Positions 50,626-64,000 of a DNA stretch of 64,000 nt are shown piece after piece; the stretch's first letter is position 1; the number at the start of each line of letters is the position of its first letter. The stretch lies in contig NC_043022.1 of the NCBI RefSeq assembly GCF_006345805.1, positions 15,500,001-15,564,000 on the forward strand, given 5' to 3'. The stretch is from Octopus sinensis. Lineage: Eukaryota. A program made the translations under genes and the position numbers. The notes below the pieces were generated by a model that saw only the letters and a program-made list of their open reading frames with translations, was not told the origin of the DNA and did no database searches.

Positions 50626-50901
50626 ATATTCTGTTGTGTCTGGGGAGTGTCATTCTCTTTTGTTGCTTTATAATTTAACAAACTCACCGGTAAAATTTGC
50701 ACTTATTTCTTATTTTTATTTACTTAAAATTTTCATTGCGTCTTGCAACCGTTTCAGGAGACAAAAATCTATTGAAAATGTTGCAAGACACAATGAAAAT
50801 TTTAGAAAAATAAAAGAGAAATAAGTGGAAATTTTAGCGGTGAGTGTGTTAAATTATAAGGCAACAAAAGAGAATGACTCTCTCCAGACACAACAGAATA
50901 T
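50626..50901. repeat. Fold-back palindrome with a 30-nt spacer carrying half an HHR
   Basis: Arms at 50626-50749 and 50780-50901; the minus strand across the spacer/arm junction reads GAAAC-G-GUU-GCAAG. Confidence 0.85.
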
Positions 50902-51198
50902 TCTTCAACACACGAACTCATATAAAGAATCTTGAAAACCAAATCCAAAAACGAAATATATATATATTCCCAGATCCCCGGTCGAACCGTCCAACCCATG
51001 CTAGCATGGAGAACGGACGTTAAACGATGATGATGATGATGATGATGATATATATATATATAAACAATTGCAGTGTGGAAGGTCTTTAAGCCATTTCAAA
51101 ACACAAAAACCGTTAGATTCACTTCAACATTTAAATTTATTTTGTCACTTTGAAACCGCCACCTGTTCACTGAGAAAATTCCATGCTGCATCTACATG

Positions 51199-51244
<46 letters not shown>

Positions 51245-51446
51245 GTAATATATATAATTACGTTATATAATTAGGGTTCAGTAAAATAATTTACTTTACC
51301 ACATACCGAACTTTTAGAAATAGCAGCCAAAAAATCTTAGCTATATCTTCTACTATAAGAGAAATCCCCCAGACAATGCATACTCAAAAATAATTCACAC
51401 AGGTATAGAGGGAAAAATAACGAAAGATCACATGTACATAAGATTA

Positions 51447-51510
51447 CCTGAGAACGACCGTTTCTGGATTAGTTGGATAAAGAGATCAACATTTCCTTCA
51501 TCAGCTCAAA
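51447..51510 (-). ncRNA. Type-I hammerhead ribozyme motif, core intact
   Basis: UUUGAG-CUGAUGA-A-GGA..GUUG..CAAC..UCC-A-GAAAC-GGUC-GUU-CUCAGG; 6-bp stem I (2 G-U); stem III ACGGUCGU is self-complementary as a dimer. Confidence 0.75.
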
Positions 51511-52059
51511 GATTTCTTTTGATTTGGATTTGAGAGCACTAAAAATCGAACATACCCGTCTGATATGAGTAATCTCAGACAAACCATCTTCGACCGCTAG
51601 TACTAACGAATTCAAAAAGTACAAATGAGGCTTTGCATTACTTGGTAAAATTAATTAATAATTAATAATTAATAATTAATTAATTTTACCCTTTTATTAT
51701 TGATTGTATATATACATATATACATTGGGCTACACAGAGGTAATGTGGCCGATGCCGGTGCTGCATAACTAGGGACCCATGCTGGTGGCACATCCAGAGC
51801 ACCTTCTGAGTGTTGGGCCTCATGGAGATAATGACAAATGGCCGAGATGTTTGGCAATATTCTGTGCTTGAGTAGAATATGTCTTTGGCTCGACAAAAGC
51901 TTCACCCTATTTGCTGATTCACAGGTATACTGTGCCTCCCCTCTTTGACTTTTCAACCATGTATATAATATAGATATACATTGGTTTCAAATTTTGGCAC
52001 AAGGCCAGCAAGGGGCCAAGTTGATTACATCAACCCCAGTGTTCAAAGATATTGTCCCA

Positions 52060-52630
52060 AGAGAAACAATTCTCTTTGTTGATAAGTCCACTTATGCATA
52101 CCTTTCCTTCTTGGGACACAAAACTCTACTTGTGAAGACCTGTTTGAGACAAGTGAGAATCGAAATCGATCAACATGAATGGAAATTGCAGCTGTGATAC
52201 TAGTGCCGGTGGCACGTAAGAGAACCATCCGAACATGGCCATTGCCAGCGCCGCCCCGACTGGCCTCATGCCGGTGGCACGTAAAAAGCACCATCCATTC
52301 GTGGCCGTTGCCAGCCTTGCCTGGCCCCCGTGCCGGTGGCACATAAAAAGCATCATCCGATCGTGGCCGTTTGCCAGCCTTGCCTGGCCCCCATGCCGGT
52401 GGCACATAAAAAGCACCATCCAATCATGGCCGTTTGCCAGACTCGTCTGGCACGTAAAAAGCACCCACTACACTCACAGAGTGGTTGGCGTTAGGAAGGG
52501 CATCCAGCCATAGAAACATTGCCAGATCAGACTGGGCCTGGTGCAGCCTTCTGGCTTCCCAGACCCCAGTTGAACCGTCCAACCCATGCTAGCATGGAAA
52601 GCGGACGCTAAACGATGATGATGATGATGA
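52060..52630 (+). mobile_element. RTE LINE 3' end with expanded UTR repeats
   Basis: Five GTGCCGGTGGCACGTAAAAAGCAC-type units, tail stem, (GAT)n. Confidence 0.88.
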
Positions 52631-52929
52631 TAATATGCACGAAAAAAACATGCTACAAGTCTGTGGATGATGTCACCCAACCATAGGATGCACATATTTC
52701 TGCATTGTTATGCTTCATCAGTTCACCTCTGCAAAACTTTATTTCTCCATATTCCACTACAGATGTAGACTGTTGGTTGAGAAAGGGGCATTTTAAAATC
52801 CCCATCTCATACTTGGTCTTCTCTCGAGTTCCTACCAATTGATTTGGCTCCAAGGAACTGTCTTGCAATTTTTTTCCATGATATTCTTTCTAATCCATGG
52901 CTTCTTAATATTTCTAATATCCAGACTCT

Positions 52930-53290
52930 TTTACTCTTTACTTGTTTCAGTCATTTGACTGCGGCCATGCTGGAGCACCACCTTTAGTCGAGGAGATTGA
53001 CCCCGAGACTTATTCTTTGTAAGCCCAGTACTTATTCTATCGTTCTCTTTTGCCGAACCGCTAAGTGACGGGGACTTAAACACACCAGCATCGGTTGTCA
53101 AGCAATGCTAGGGGGACAAACACAGACACACACACACACACACATATATATTATATATATATATATATACGACGGGCTTCTTTCAGTTTCGTCTGCCAAA
53201 TCCACTCACAAGGCATTGGTCGGCCTGGGGCTATAGCAGAAGACACTTGCCCAAGATGCCACGCAGTGGGACTGAACCTGGAACCATGTG
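52930..53290 (-). mobile_element. SINE family A
   Basis: Collinear with 20341-20741. Confidence 0.88.
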
Positions 53291-53778
53291 AAGTCAATTA
53301 AAGAAAGGGGGAGGGAGGGCAGTTGACTAGATTGACCCAAGTACGCAACTGGTACTTAATTTATCGACCCCAAAAGGATGAAAGGCAAAGTCAATTAAAG
53401 AAAAAATTTATTGTTTTCATAGAGGGATGACCATTTAAGAAATCCCTTAACGATGCTTACCGAAGCTGCTATTCCATGGGACTGAACCCAGAATCCTGTG
53501 GTCAGGGAGCAAACTTCATATTGTTTTAGAAATAAAATTTTTGTGTGAAACCCATTTTTTTTTCTCACATGAATAATATTAAATGTAAATATTGAACAAC
53601 AATGACTAAGGACTCTTTCGCTCGTCATCAGAATGTGGATATTAGTAATTATGTACCTGATTACCTCAAAACGTGGGTGGACAACTGCAACGGCAAGACT
53701 CACATTGCTTTTAACAACAAAAAAAAAAAATTAATTACTATATATTAACTGCGTATGAAGAGATTTCTTTTCTTCAGA

Positions 53779-54089
<311 letters not shown>

Positions 54090-54123
54090 ATACTATATAT
54101 TATATACATATACATATATCTAT

Positions 54124-54197
<74 letters not shown>

Positions 54198-54221
54198 CAT
54201 ATGTATGTATATATATGTGAT

Positions 54222-54712
54222 GTAGTAGGTGTGTTTGATATTATATTTAGTTCATCTGCCTTTACGTTCTGAGCTTCAAATTCCGCAAAAGTCAACTTTG
54301 CCTTTCATCCTTTCAGGGTTGATAAATTAAGTACCAGTTGCATACTTGGGTCAATTTAATCGACTGTGCCCTCCCCTCCCCCAAAATTTTGAGCCTTGTG
54401 ACGAGAGTAGAAAAGAAGACATGTTCTGAGTTCAAATCCCGCCGAGGTTGACTTTGCCTTTCATCCTTTCGGGGTTGATAAATTAAGTACCAGTTGCATA
54501 CATGGGTCAATCTAATCAACCAACCCCACTCCCCCCAAATTTTGAGCCTTGTGACGAGAGTAGAAAAGAAGATACGTTGTGAGTTCAAATCCCGCTGAGG
54601 CTGACTTTGCCTTTCATCCTTTCGGGGTCGATAAATTAAGTACCAGTTGTGTACTGGGGTCAATCTAATCAACTGGCCCCCCACCTCCCCCTTGTGCCGA
54701 GAGTAGAAAAGA
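54222..54712 (+). mobile_element. Tandem triplication of the SINE family B body (tail type 2)
   Basis: Units start near 54260, 54421 and 54574 (about 153-160-bp period). Confidence 0.88.
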
Positions 54713-54897
54713 TATTCAGTGAAGGTCTGAAGACCAACTGAAACAGGAGGAGAAAATATACACGCTGGACATTGATTTCTGTCAGAATTTGCACTTGGTG
54801 GTCAGTTCATTAATTAATAATTTATAAATAATTAATGATTAATTAATAGACACAGCCTTTTCTCGGCTGGTAAATATTTTACATTCAGAAAAATATA

Positions 54898-55250
54898 TAG
54901 GTGCAGGTGTGGCTGTGTGGTAAGAAGCTTGCTTCCCAACCACATGGTCCTGGGTTCAATCCCACTGTGTGGCACCTTGGGAAAGTGTCTTCTACTATAG
55001 CCTTGTGCTGAGCAAAGCCTTGTGAGTAGATTTGGTAGATGGAAATTGAAAGAAGCCTGTCATATATATGTATATGTATATATGTGTGTGTCTGTGTTTG
55101 TGCCCTCCACTGTTGTTTGATAACCAATGTAGGTGTGTTTACATCCCTGTAACTTAGTAGTTCAGCAAAAGAGACCCATAGTATAAGTACTATGCTTACA
55201 AAGAATAAGTCCTGGGGCCAATTTGACTAAAGGCAGTGCTCCAGCATGGC
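54898..55250 (+). mobile_element. SINE family A (older copy)
   Basis: Collinear with 20341-20741. Confidence 0.82.
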
Positions 55251-56344
55251 CACGGCTGGTAAACATTTTACATTAAAAAAATATATATATACATATATAT
55301 TTAGTGTGTGTGTCTGTGTTTGTGTTTGTCCCCAACCACCAGTACTTAACAACTGGTGTTGGTTTGTTTGTGTCCCTGTAACTTTGCAGTTCAGCAAAGG
55401 AGTCTGATACGGTTGGTATGTATGTATATGTGTTTGTATATATGTGCACGTGTGTGTATGTCTGTGTGTATGTATGTATGTATGTATATATGTATGTGTG
55501 TGTGTGTTTGTGCATATATGTGTGTCCATGTGTGTGTGTATGTGTATCTGTGAATGTGCATGTATGTATGTGTTTGTATGCATGTGCACATATGTATACT
55601 GTGTGTGTGTTTGTGCATATATGTATGCGTATGTATGTATGTGTATGCGTGTGTGTATGCTTGTATGCCTGTGTGTGTGTGTTTGTGCATATATGTATGT
55701 GTGTATGAATGTATGTGTGTGTGCGTGCATGCATGTGTGTGTGTGTGTGTGTGTGTTTGCGTTTGAGGTTGACCTTCATCACTGCTTGGCAGCCAGTGTT
55801 GGTCCATTTACATCCTTGTGATATAGCAGTTCAGCAAAAGATGATCAATGTAATAAAAAAAAAATACATACAAGTTTAAAAAAAACAAGGGGTGGATCTG
55901 TTTCACTACAACCCTTTGGAATGTGTGTGTGTTGGTGGGGGGGGAAGGGTACCTCCCAGCACAGACACAGTCCAATGACTAAAGACAAATGACAAAAGAT
56001 TAAAGATAGATGATAAAAGAATAAGCGGTGTTGCATGACCTATCTTTGTGCACCATTTCACATGGCTCATCGATTTAGTCACCGACCGAAATACGGCTTT
56101 TGATACTGAGAATTGATCGTTATACTGTAGGTGAGTCATGGGTGGAAAGACTGTTGGAAGCACGCATAACTCACAGCCAGTGTCCTATATCACTGGTTCC
56201 CAACCTTTTCCAGGCTGCCGCTCAACCATCCTTTGGTTTTAAGGCCACATTCCTAGAGCTCCACCTCCCGATTCGGCGCCACAGACGTAGATCACTTTCT
56301 GCAGCAATTAAGCTAATTAACTTGATTAACACTTCGTTTTATTC

Positions 56345-57290
56345 TTTTTATTTTTCTCTTTTACTCTTTCACTTGTTTCAGTCTTTTGACTGCGGCCATG
56401 CTGGAGCACTGCCTTTTAGTCAGACAAATCAACCCCCCCAGGACTTATTCTTTTGTAAGCCTGGGTACTTATTCTATTGGTCTCTTTTGCCAAACCGCTA
56501 AGTTACGAGGACGTAAACACACCAACATCGGTTGTCAAGCGATGTTGGGGTAGGGGGACAAACACAGACACACAATGCACACACAAACACATATATACAT
56601 ACATATATATATATGACAGGCTCCTTTCTGTTTCCATCTAGCAAATCCATTCATGCCCGGGAATGAAATTTTTCTTTACATTTTGGAAGAATAACAATAA
56701 AAAATAATAATAATAATAACAATAAACGAAAATACAAAATTTACTATTTTTATGAAAGGAGATAAATTCTGCCAGAAACGTTGAAGGAAATTACGTAAGC
56801 GCTTCTGGGTAAACAACATTCTTTGTCTTCTGGTTTAGAGCACAGACAAATAAGTGTTGCAAACCACCTCCCCTGGAGCAACCAACATAAAGGTGACCAT
56901 GAGAAAAGCAAACCAGTAGATTTCAAAGACTAACCGTGAGCTGTGTTGATAGACATTGCAAAGGAATGTCACACTGGGAATTGTGTTCATTTGAATTCAA
57001 AGGACATGTCTGTTGGTTTGATTGGAATTCTTGGAATGAAAACCACTTCCCCAGAGGCACATCCTGTGATGATGGTAGCTTCTGTCTCATTTGGTGATAA
57101 TGTCTTCACAATCAACTTTGTCCCATTGCATAACTTAGGAGGATCTAAATTTCTTAGAAACATTATTTGGACTCCTACCTTCAGAAAAAGTTTATGCGGA
57201 TGAATTCCAGGTGCCCAAAGCAGCACACAGTGGGACTGAACCCGGAACTATGTGGTCGGTAAGGAAGCTACTTACCCCACAGCCACAATT
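56345..57290 (-). mobile_element. SINE family A interrupted by a Helitron fragment
   Basis: Tail part at 56345-56655 and head part at 57211-57290. Confidence 0.8.
56655..57210 (-). pseudogene. Helitron RepHel PIF1-like helicase C-terminal remnant plus 3' UTR
   Basis: GIHPHKLFLKVGVQIMFLRNLDPPKLCNGTKL..GEVVFIPRIP..FEFK, then degraded QFPV..FAMSIN..G, FSHGHLYV.CSR, TKNVVYPEAL. Confidence 0.88.
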
Positions 57291-57334
57291 TATATATCAT
57301 TCAATATTCATAATTTACAAAGTGCTACTAACAG

Positions 57335-57490
57335 TTTCATGCTTTAGTGATACAATAAATTAGCAGATTTATATAACATACCATGTGTCTCCAAATAATC
57401 TTTCAGACTCAGTCAATACTGTTGGAGTGCTGAGAGACACATGGCATGTTATATAAACCTGCCAATTCATTGTGTCTCTAAAGCATGAAA
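57335..57490. repeat. Old inverted repeat (about 56-bp arms, 43-nt spacer)
   Basis: TTTCATGCTTTAG..CATGTGTCTC / GAGACACATG..CTAAAGCATGAAA. Confidence 0.8.
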
Positions 57491-57743
57491 TTATATGTCG
57501 TTATTTTGTAAATTGTTTATATTAAAATCAGTACCCTGTGACTGGTATGCTGTGGCACACTGGTGTGTCATGAGACGATGCTAAGTGTGCCACAGTGAAA
57601 CCTGAATATAATTCTTTTTCCCTGTACTTTTAGTTATGTTTTTAGTTCAGGTGTGTCACTGAATTTTGGAAAGAATATAAGTGTACCACAGGTGGAAATA
57701 GGTTGTGAAGCATTGTATTATATGATATTTATCTCTCACTGGA

Positions 57744-57783
<40 letters not shown>

Positions 57784-57817
57784 TACATACATACATACAC
57801 ACAAACACACATACATT

Positions 57818-58140
57818 CATATGATTTAGTGCCTTCAGACTATCATCTCTTCGACCCCATGAAAGAGGGTTTGAGAGGCAAATATTATTCCAGTGACGAG
57901 GAAGTGAAAACTGTAGTGAAGAAGTGGCTCAAAGAACAGTCAATAGAAATTTACGGGGCAGAGATACATACTCTCATTCGAAGGTAGAACATTGCTATTG
58001 AGAGAAACGGTGACTATTTTGAGAAGTGGAGATGTGATCCACAAAGGACCAGCTTCATTTTGATGTATGATACATGTTCCTGTGTTGGTGATTATACCTG
58101 TCCTAAACAAAATGGCATCACTTTTGGACTCACCCTCGTT
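57818..58140 (+). pseudogene. mariner transposase C-terminal remnant with right TIR
   Basis: DLVPSDYHLFDPMKEGLRG..SDEEVKTVVKKWL..GDYFEK (YSPDLAPSDYHLF motif); ends ACTTTTGGACTCACCCTCGT. Confidence 0.88.
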
Positions 58141-58188
58141 TATACATATGTATGCATGTGTGTGTGTGTATGTATATTTATGTATGTG

Positions 58189-58506
58189 AGGGCGCGTGGC
58201 TTAGTGGTTAGGGCATTCGGCTCATGATCGTAAGGTTGTGAGTTCGATTCCCGGCGACGCGTTGTGTCCTTGAGCAAGACACTTTATTTCACGTTGCTCC
58301 AGTCCACTCAGCTGGCAAAAATGAGTTGTACTTGTATTTCAAAGGGTCAGCCTTGTCACTCTCTGTGTCACGCTGATTATCCCCGAGAACTACGTTAAGG
58401 GTACACGTGCCTGTGGAATGCTCAGCCATTTGCACGTTAATTTCACGAGCAAGCTGTTCCGCTGATCGTATCAGCTGGGACCCTCGTCGTCGTAACCGGC
58501 GGAGTC
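58189..58506 (+). mobile_element. SINE family D, full length
   Basis: TGGCTTAGTGGTTAGGGC..GAGTTCGATTCC; CORE-like TGTGTCCTTGAGCAAGACACTT; distinct 3' part. Confidence 0.87.
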
Positions 58507-58856
58507 TTTTTTTTATTTTTTATTTATGTATATAAACACATTTAACAGCAATGGTGAAAACAGATATATATGTTATGCATTTTACTTGTGCAACATATTA
58601 GAATTAACACAGTGTCACTGATTAAACTATGTTATTGGAACATGTATAGGTAGTGTGTGTGTGTGTAGGTGTTTGTAAAGATAGATATATCTATATATTC
58701 ATATAGGAAGGGCATCCAGCCATAGAAACACTGCCAGATTTGACTGGGCCTGATGAAGCCTTCTGGCTTCACAGACCCCAGTAGAACCGTCCAACCCATG
58801 CTAGCATGGAAAACGGACGCTAAATGATGATGATGATGATGATGATATATATGCAC

Positions 58857-58897
<41 letters not shown>

Positions 58898-59651
58898 TAT
58901 ATATATATAGGTATGATTTAGGTATGTTTCTCCATTTTCTCATTTTGCATATATATATATATATATATACATATATACGTTTAAATATTTGTTGTGCAAG
59001 ATTCTATTGGCTAAACTGTCAATATGACCATTCCGAAATATAACAATATATATATATATATATATGCATTTATGTAATATATAGATATAGGTGTGTGTGT
59101 GTGTGTGTACAATGCATAGAGAATGGATTATGAATGGAAAGGAAATGAGTTTGAAAGCCGTGAAGTTGACAAACAAGTCCACCACTGAGACGGCCCCAGG
59201 ACAGAAGTTCAGTGTTGCCTTAGAATTATGTAAGAAACCATTGAATGAGTTAAACTATTATTATTTATTTTTTTTTTGTTTTGTTTGTATTTTTGCATTT
59301 TTTTCCTGGTCCTTGACCAGGTGGAGTGCTGTATTCGTGAGCAACACTGCTCTGAAATCACTTCAACACCTGACATGTGGTTAAAGGTAAACCCATTAAG
59401 TCAATGTCAGTCTGACAGAAGGTGTAGGCCTATGTCCGACACATGCATTTCATCACTGTAAATGAATTATCCGTGCAGGGCATTCAGCACAAGGTGAACG
59501 TCCGTATGTTGCCTTCAACGGGAGAGTCCATTATATCTATATGTAGGGGTGTGTGTAATATCAAATGTTGGAAGCCTACTCAAAATTTCCCCCTGGGATG
59601 GGCCATTTGTTACTCTATAAAGGTAATGTTTAATTCAAGTGATATAGTCTT

Positions 59652-60040
59652 ACTCTTTACTCTTTTACTTGTTTCAGTCATTTGACTGCGGCCATGCTGG
59701 AGCACCGCCTTTAGTCGATCAAATCGACCCCCGAGACTTATTCTTTGTAAGCCCAGTACTTATTCTATTGGTCTTTTATGCCGAACCGCTAAGTGACGGG
59801 GACGTAAACACACCAGCATCGGTTGTCAAGCAATGCTAGGGGGACAAACACACATATATATATATACACATATATACGACAGGCTTCTTTCAGTTTCCGT
59901 CTACCAAATCCACTCACAAGGCATTGGTCGGCCCGGGGCTATAGCAGAAGACACTTGCCCGAGATGCCACGCAGTGGGACTGAACCCACAACCATGTGGT
60001 TCGTTAGCAAGCTACTTACCACACAGCCACTCCTGCGCCT
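59652..60040 (-). mobile_element. SINE family A, full length
   Basis: Collinear with 20341-20741. Confidence 0.9.
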
Positions 60041-60634
60041 AATATACTTTACAACTTAATATACTTCACAACTCTTATCTTATCATATATATACATATCC
60101 AAACATGCGGAAGCACAACTGTCTGTATATGCAGCTTTTATCTTTTATCTTTCACCTGTTTCAGTCATTAGACTGTGGCCATGCTGGGGCACCGCCTTGA
60201 AGAAGTTCTAGCCAAAGGAATCGGCCCCAGGACTTATTTTTGCATTTTAAAGCCTGATAATTATTCTGTCGGTGACTTTTGCTGAACCACTAAGTTACAG
60301 GGACATAAACACATCAGGTGATGGGGAGGGGACAAACACAGACCTAAAGACACATACATTCACACACACACACACACATACATGCATGCATATAGACATT
60401 CACACACATGAATATATGTGTACATAACACTAACACCTAAAATTAGGTATATACATATATGTATATATACGTACACACCCACCACACATATATAGTATTT
60501 ATGTAGATATATATGTAGATGTAATATATATATACATGGATGTATTTATATATATGTATATAAGCACATATATATATGCACACACACTAGCCCCTACATG
60601 CAATTTTTTTCTCTCCTTGTTTCTTTTCTGTGTA

Positions 60635-60672
60635 TCTTTCTGTCGAAGAGCGTAGGCACGAAACGTAAGAGA
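60635..60672 (+). ncRNA. Minimal hammerhead motif in a sister family of H1 (element about 60600-60770)
   Basis: UCUUU-CUGUCGA-A-GAGC-GUAG-GCAC-GAAAC-GUA-AGAGA; stem I covaries relative to 9731-9767; A6>U and one stem II mismatch. Confidence 0.62.
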
Positions 60673-60767
60673 CTTGTTTTATTTCTATTCCTGAGCACCA
60701 TACTAATACATTTGTTTGTTTGTACTCCACCTGCCTTCGTCTTTTGTTTATTTTCGTAACCCTTCCC

Positions 60768-60808
<41 letters not shown>

Positions 60809-60842
60809 ACTTTATCTAAAGCAGCAGAAAATTCAACAAAAT

Positions 60843-60880
60843 CTGTTACTCTGAGTTTCTCGTTGCCGTTCATCAGACAG
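60843..60880 (-). ncRNA. Minimal hammerhead motif (PLE-like element 60807-61105)
   Basis: CUGU-CUGAUGA-ACG-GCAA-CGA-GAAAC-UCAGA-GUA-ACAG; stem I CUGU/ACAG, GNRA loop II, one mismatch at the base of stem II. Confidence 0.68.
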
Positions 60881-61369
60881 TTTTTGTTAGAATGGAACCG
60901 ATATATCAATTCAATCCAGACTCTTACAAATGCTACACCTTTAAAAAATGGACTTGTTTGATTGGCCCTTTAGAAATAACGGTCAATCTTCGAGCGATAA
61001 ACAAAACAATGAGCTCAAAAATATATATGTATATATATATAAAAAAATTATAAAAATTATAAAATTCGAGGAAAAAACCTTACATTGAAGTGTTTACTCT
61101 GGTATATATATATATATATATATTGTTGCTATTATGTTAAACTGCCTTATGTCCAAATTTGGCCAAATGTGCTTTTTCCTATATTTATTTTTGCTTGCAA
61201 TAGCTGGTTCTTTTGGTCAAACTATCATATTTTCAGCTGCTAGATATCAAAAATTGGCAAAGTGTAGTACAACGGTTTTGCTATGGAATGGCAAAACTAT
61301 TTTCTTGTTTTCTGAGAAAACAGCAATGTTTTTGGACTTACAACACTTTTGCATAATAGCAATGTTATG

Positions 61370-61414
<45 letters not shown>

Positions 61415-61589
61415 CAGGCTTCTTTCAGTTTGTGTTTACCAAATCTACTCACAAGTCTCTCTGTCAGCTCAAAGCTTTAGCAAAAGACTCTTGCCCAAGG
61501 TGCCATGCAGTGGGACTGAACCCGGAACCATGTGGATTGGAAGCAAGCTTCTTACCACAAAATCACACCTACACCATATATATATATAC

Positions 61590-62000
61590 ATATCATCATC
61601 ATCATCATCGTTTAACGTCTGCTTTCCATGCTAGCATGGGTTGGACGGTTCAACTGGGGTCTGGGAAGCCAGAAGGCTACACCAGACTCCAGTCTGATCT
61701 GGCAATGTTTGTACGGCCGGATGCCCTTCCTAACGCCAACCACTCCGTGAGTGTAGTGGGTGCTTTTTACGTGCCAGACGAGAGTGACAAACGGCCATGA
61801 TTGGTGGTGCTTTTTATGTGCCACCGGCACGGGGGCCAGACGAGGCTGGCAACGGCCACAATCGGATGGTGCATTTTATGTGCCACTGGCACGGAAGCCA
61901 GTTGGGGTGGCGCTGGCAACGTTCGGATGGTTCGCTTACATGCCACCGGCACTGGTATCACAGCTACAATTTCCATTGATGTTGATCGATTTCGATTTTT
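61590..62000 (-). mobile_element. RTE LINE 3' UTR fragment
   Basis: (GAT)n tail and UTR repeats. Confidence 0.88.
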
Positions 62001-62604
62001 TTCATTTATACATATATATATATATGTATGTATGTATGTGTGTGTGTATGAATGTATGTATATACACACACATACAATTGTTGAACACCTGTCCCCCAAA
62101 CACACATATAACAATACAAGTAACTTATAGGTTTATATGTTTACAGCCCAGTAACCAAGGCGACAATAAATATCCTTGTTTGTTGATCGGCCAACAACAG
62201 TTTCATTTCATGATAACAGCCCATTTGGATAACCACCACTGGACCCATGACGACAACAACAGCAACAACAACAACAACAACAGCAAAAGCTACGAGTACA
62301 ACGGCGACCACCACTACTGCTGTTGCTGAAGTGTTTGAACTGTAGATAGGATATTTGAGCTGGGGTGGGGATAGATTAATCAGATATCTACCTTGGATAG
62401 TATCCATAGCAACAGCACACACAACAGAGAGAGAGAGAGAGAAAGAGTTCCGATATCTCTTTTGGCATGGAGAATTTTTTTTTATATTGTTTTATATTTA
62501 TTATTAGGATCTGACTCATATGTCATTTATTTTGTTGTTTTTTTTGTGGCGGGGAGGTTTTATTTTATTTTTGAATTTGTTTTTGTTTTTTTTAGTCACT
62601 TGAT

Positions 62605-63545
62605 AATAAAATAACCTCCGTTGTTATGCAACTTTTCTTTGTAATGTCTCCTATTTGCTGCCCCTGTGGCGAATAAAAGATGCGATATTATTACTGAGGT
62701 TAGAGAGGAGAGTGCTGTCCGATAGCAAGTTTTCTGAAAGGTGGGTGAATTGTGCAAGAATGGCCAGTATAAATGGACCAATTCTCAGGTTTCGCCTATG
62801 AATGAAAAAGGTTTCAAAAAAGGAGAAAAGGACTCTCTACCCCCCTTTTGACCAGGCTCCCGTTGGCTTTTATGGGTTTTTCCACCAGGAACCTTTCGAA
62901 GCGCCTTCCCCTATTGGGAGATTTTCATTGTTATAATCTTTCGTTGTTAAACTGTTTTTACTCGGATTTTTCACAAATGGACAAAACCCTTTGTAACCTT
63001 TCGTCCTGTTTTGTCCCTTTATGTTTACTAATCATGTGTGTCAGCCCTTGTGGCCAATAAAAAGAATTAATTATTATTATTATTATTATTATTATTGGTC
63101 AAGGCCTCATCAACTTTTTCAAGTTTCACTTGAAAAGGAAGATGAGGTTAGAGAGGAGAGTGCTGTCTGATAGCAAGTTTTCTGAAAGGTGGGTGAATTG
63201 TGCAAGAATGGCCAGTACAAATGGACCAATTCTGAGGTTGTGCCTGTAATTAAAAAAGGTATTATAAAAGGAGAAAGGGGCTCTCTACCCCGCTTTTGAC
63301 CAGGCTCCAGTTGGCTTTTATGGGTTTTTCCACCAGGAACCTTTCGTAACGCCTCTCCTAATTGGGAGTTTTTCATTGTTTGTTATATTATTTGATTGTT
63401 ACACTGTTTTTACACGATTTTTTCACAAACGGACAAAACCCTTTGTAACCTTTCGCCCTGTTTTGTCCCTTTATGTTTTCCAATCATGTTTGTCGGCCCT
63501 TGTGGCCAATAAAAATAATTAATTAATTATTATTATTATTAGTAA
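62605..63545 (+). mobile_element. Head-to-tail stack of 5'-truncated L1/Tx1-like 3' ends
   Basis: Units at about 62605-62693, 62695-63096 and 63097-63545, each ending (C)CCC(T)TGTGG(C/CC)GAATAAA or CAATAAA plus (TTA)n; ORF end FFKFHLKRKMRLERRVLSDSKFSERW matches the 35.7-kb remnant. Confidence 0.82.
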
Positions 63546-63555
63546 TAGTAGTAGT

Positions 63556-63765
63556 TAAGGCAGTGAGCTGGCAGAATTGTTAGCGCACCGGATGAAATGC
63601 TTAACAGTATTTCTTCTGTTGCTACGTTCTGAGTTCAAATTCCATCAAGGTCAGCTTTGCCTTTCATCCTTTCGGGGTCAATAAAATAAGTACCAGTTGA
63701 ACACTGGGGTCGATGTAATCAACTCATCTCCTCCCCCAACACTGTAGCCCTTGTGGCAAAATTTG
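63556..63765 (+). mobile_element. SINE family B
   Basis: tRNA-like head, B box and Meta-like domain. Confidence 0.82.
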
Positions 63766-64000
63766 AAAACATCATCATCATCATTATTATTATTGTGTGA
63801 GAGAACCGCGCATCCCATCAAAGTGACCCTAAGGTACAAATATACAAAGCCCAGTGTACCCATCATGACTACCCGTCTGATAAGGGTACACCAGGCACAT
63901 GCATCACAACAATATACTCCCCATTAAATTTAGGACACCAAATAGTTTAGAGAAACCCCAAAATTTAAAAGGCCTTTGTAGATTCAGAGGGACTCAGATT

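Noticed and set aside
59091-59560. Complex-looking sequence with a possible acceptor at 59322 and short ORFs
   Set aside because: All frames stop early and there is no recognisable motif; probably a decayed element.

Overview
Repeat-saturated, AT-rich metazoan genomic DNA. The dense (TA)n/(CA)n/(TTA)n microsatellites, tRNA-derived SINEs and RTE tails suggest an octopus or other cephalopod; this is inference, not verified. One intact host gene is supported: a 524-aa PTB/PID-domain adaptor-like protein whose whole CDS lies in one exon (38207-39781, +), preceded by a splice acceptor at 38085/38086. The rest is mobile-element debris: RTE, L1/Tx1-like and RLE-type LINE fragments, several SINE families, hAT, piggyBac and Tigger-like MITEs, mariner remnants, non-autonomous Helitrons plus a Helitron helicase remnant, and Penelope-like (PLE) remnants. 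The least obvious signal is a set of minimal type-I hammerhead ribozyme (HHR) motifs from several unrelated sequence families, found by eye, with compensatory stem changes. One HHR family carries a tRNA-like Pol III module between a GIY-YIG endonuclease remnant and the ribozyme. At least 12 fold-back palindromes are present, several tied to these HHR/PLE families. A SINE 3' tail matches the 3' UTR of the local L1/Tx1-like LINE. All ribozyme, family and mechanism calls are manual and untested, and repeat boundaries are approximate unless TSDs or TIRs are quoted.
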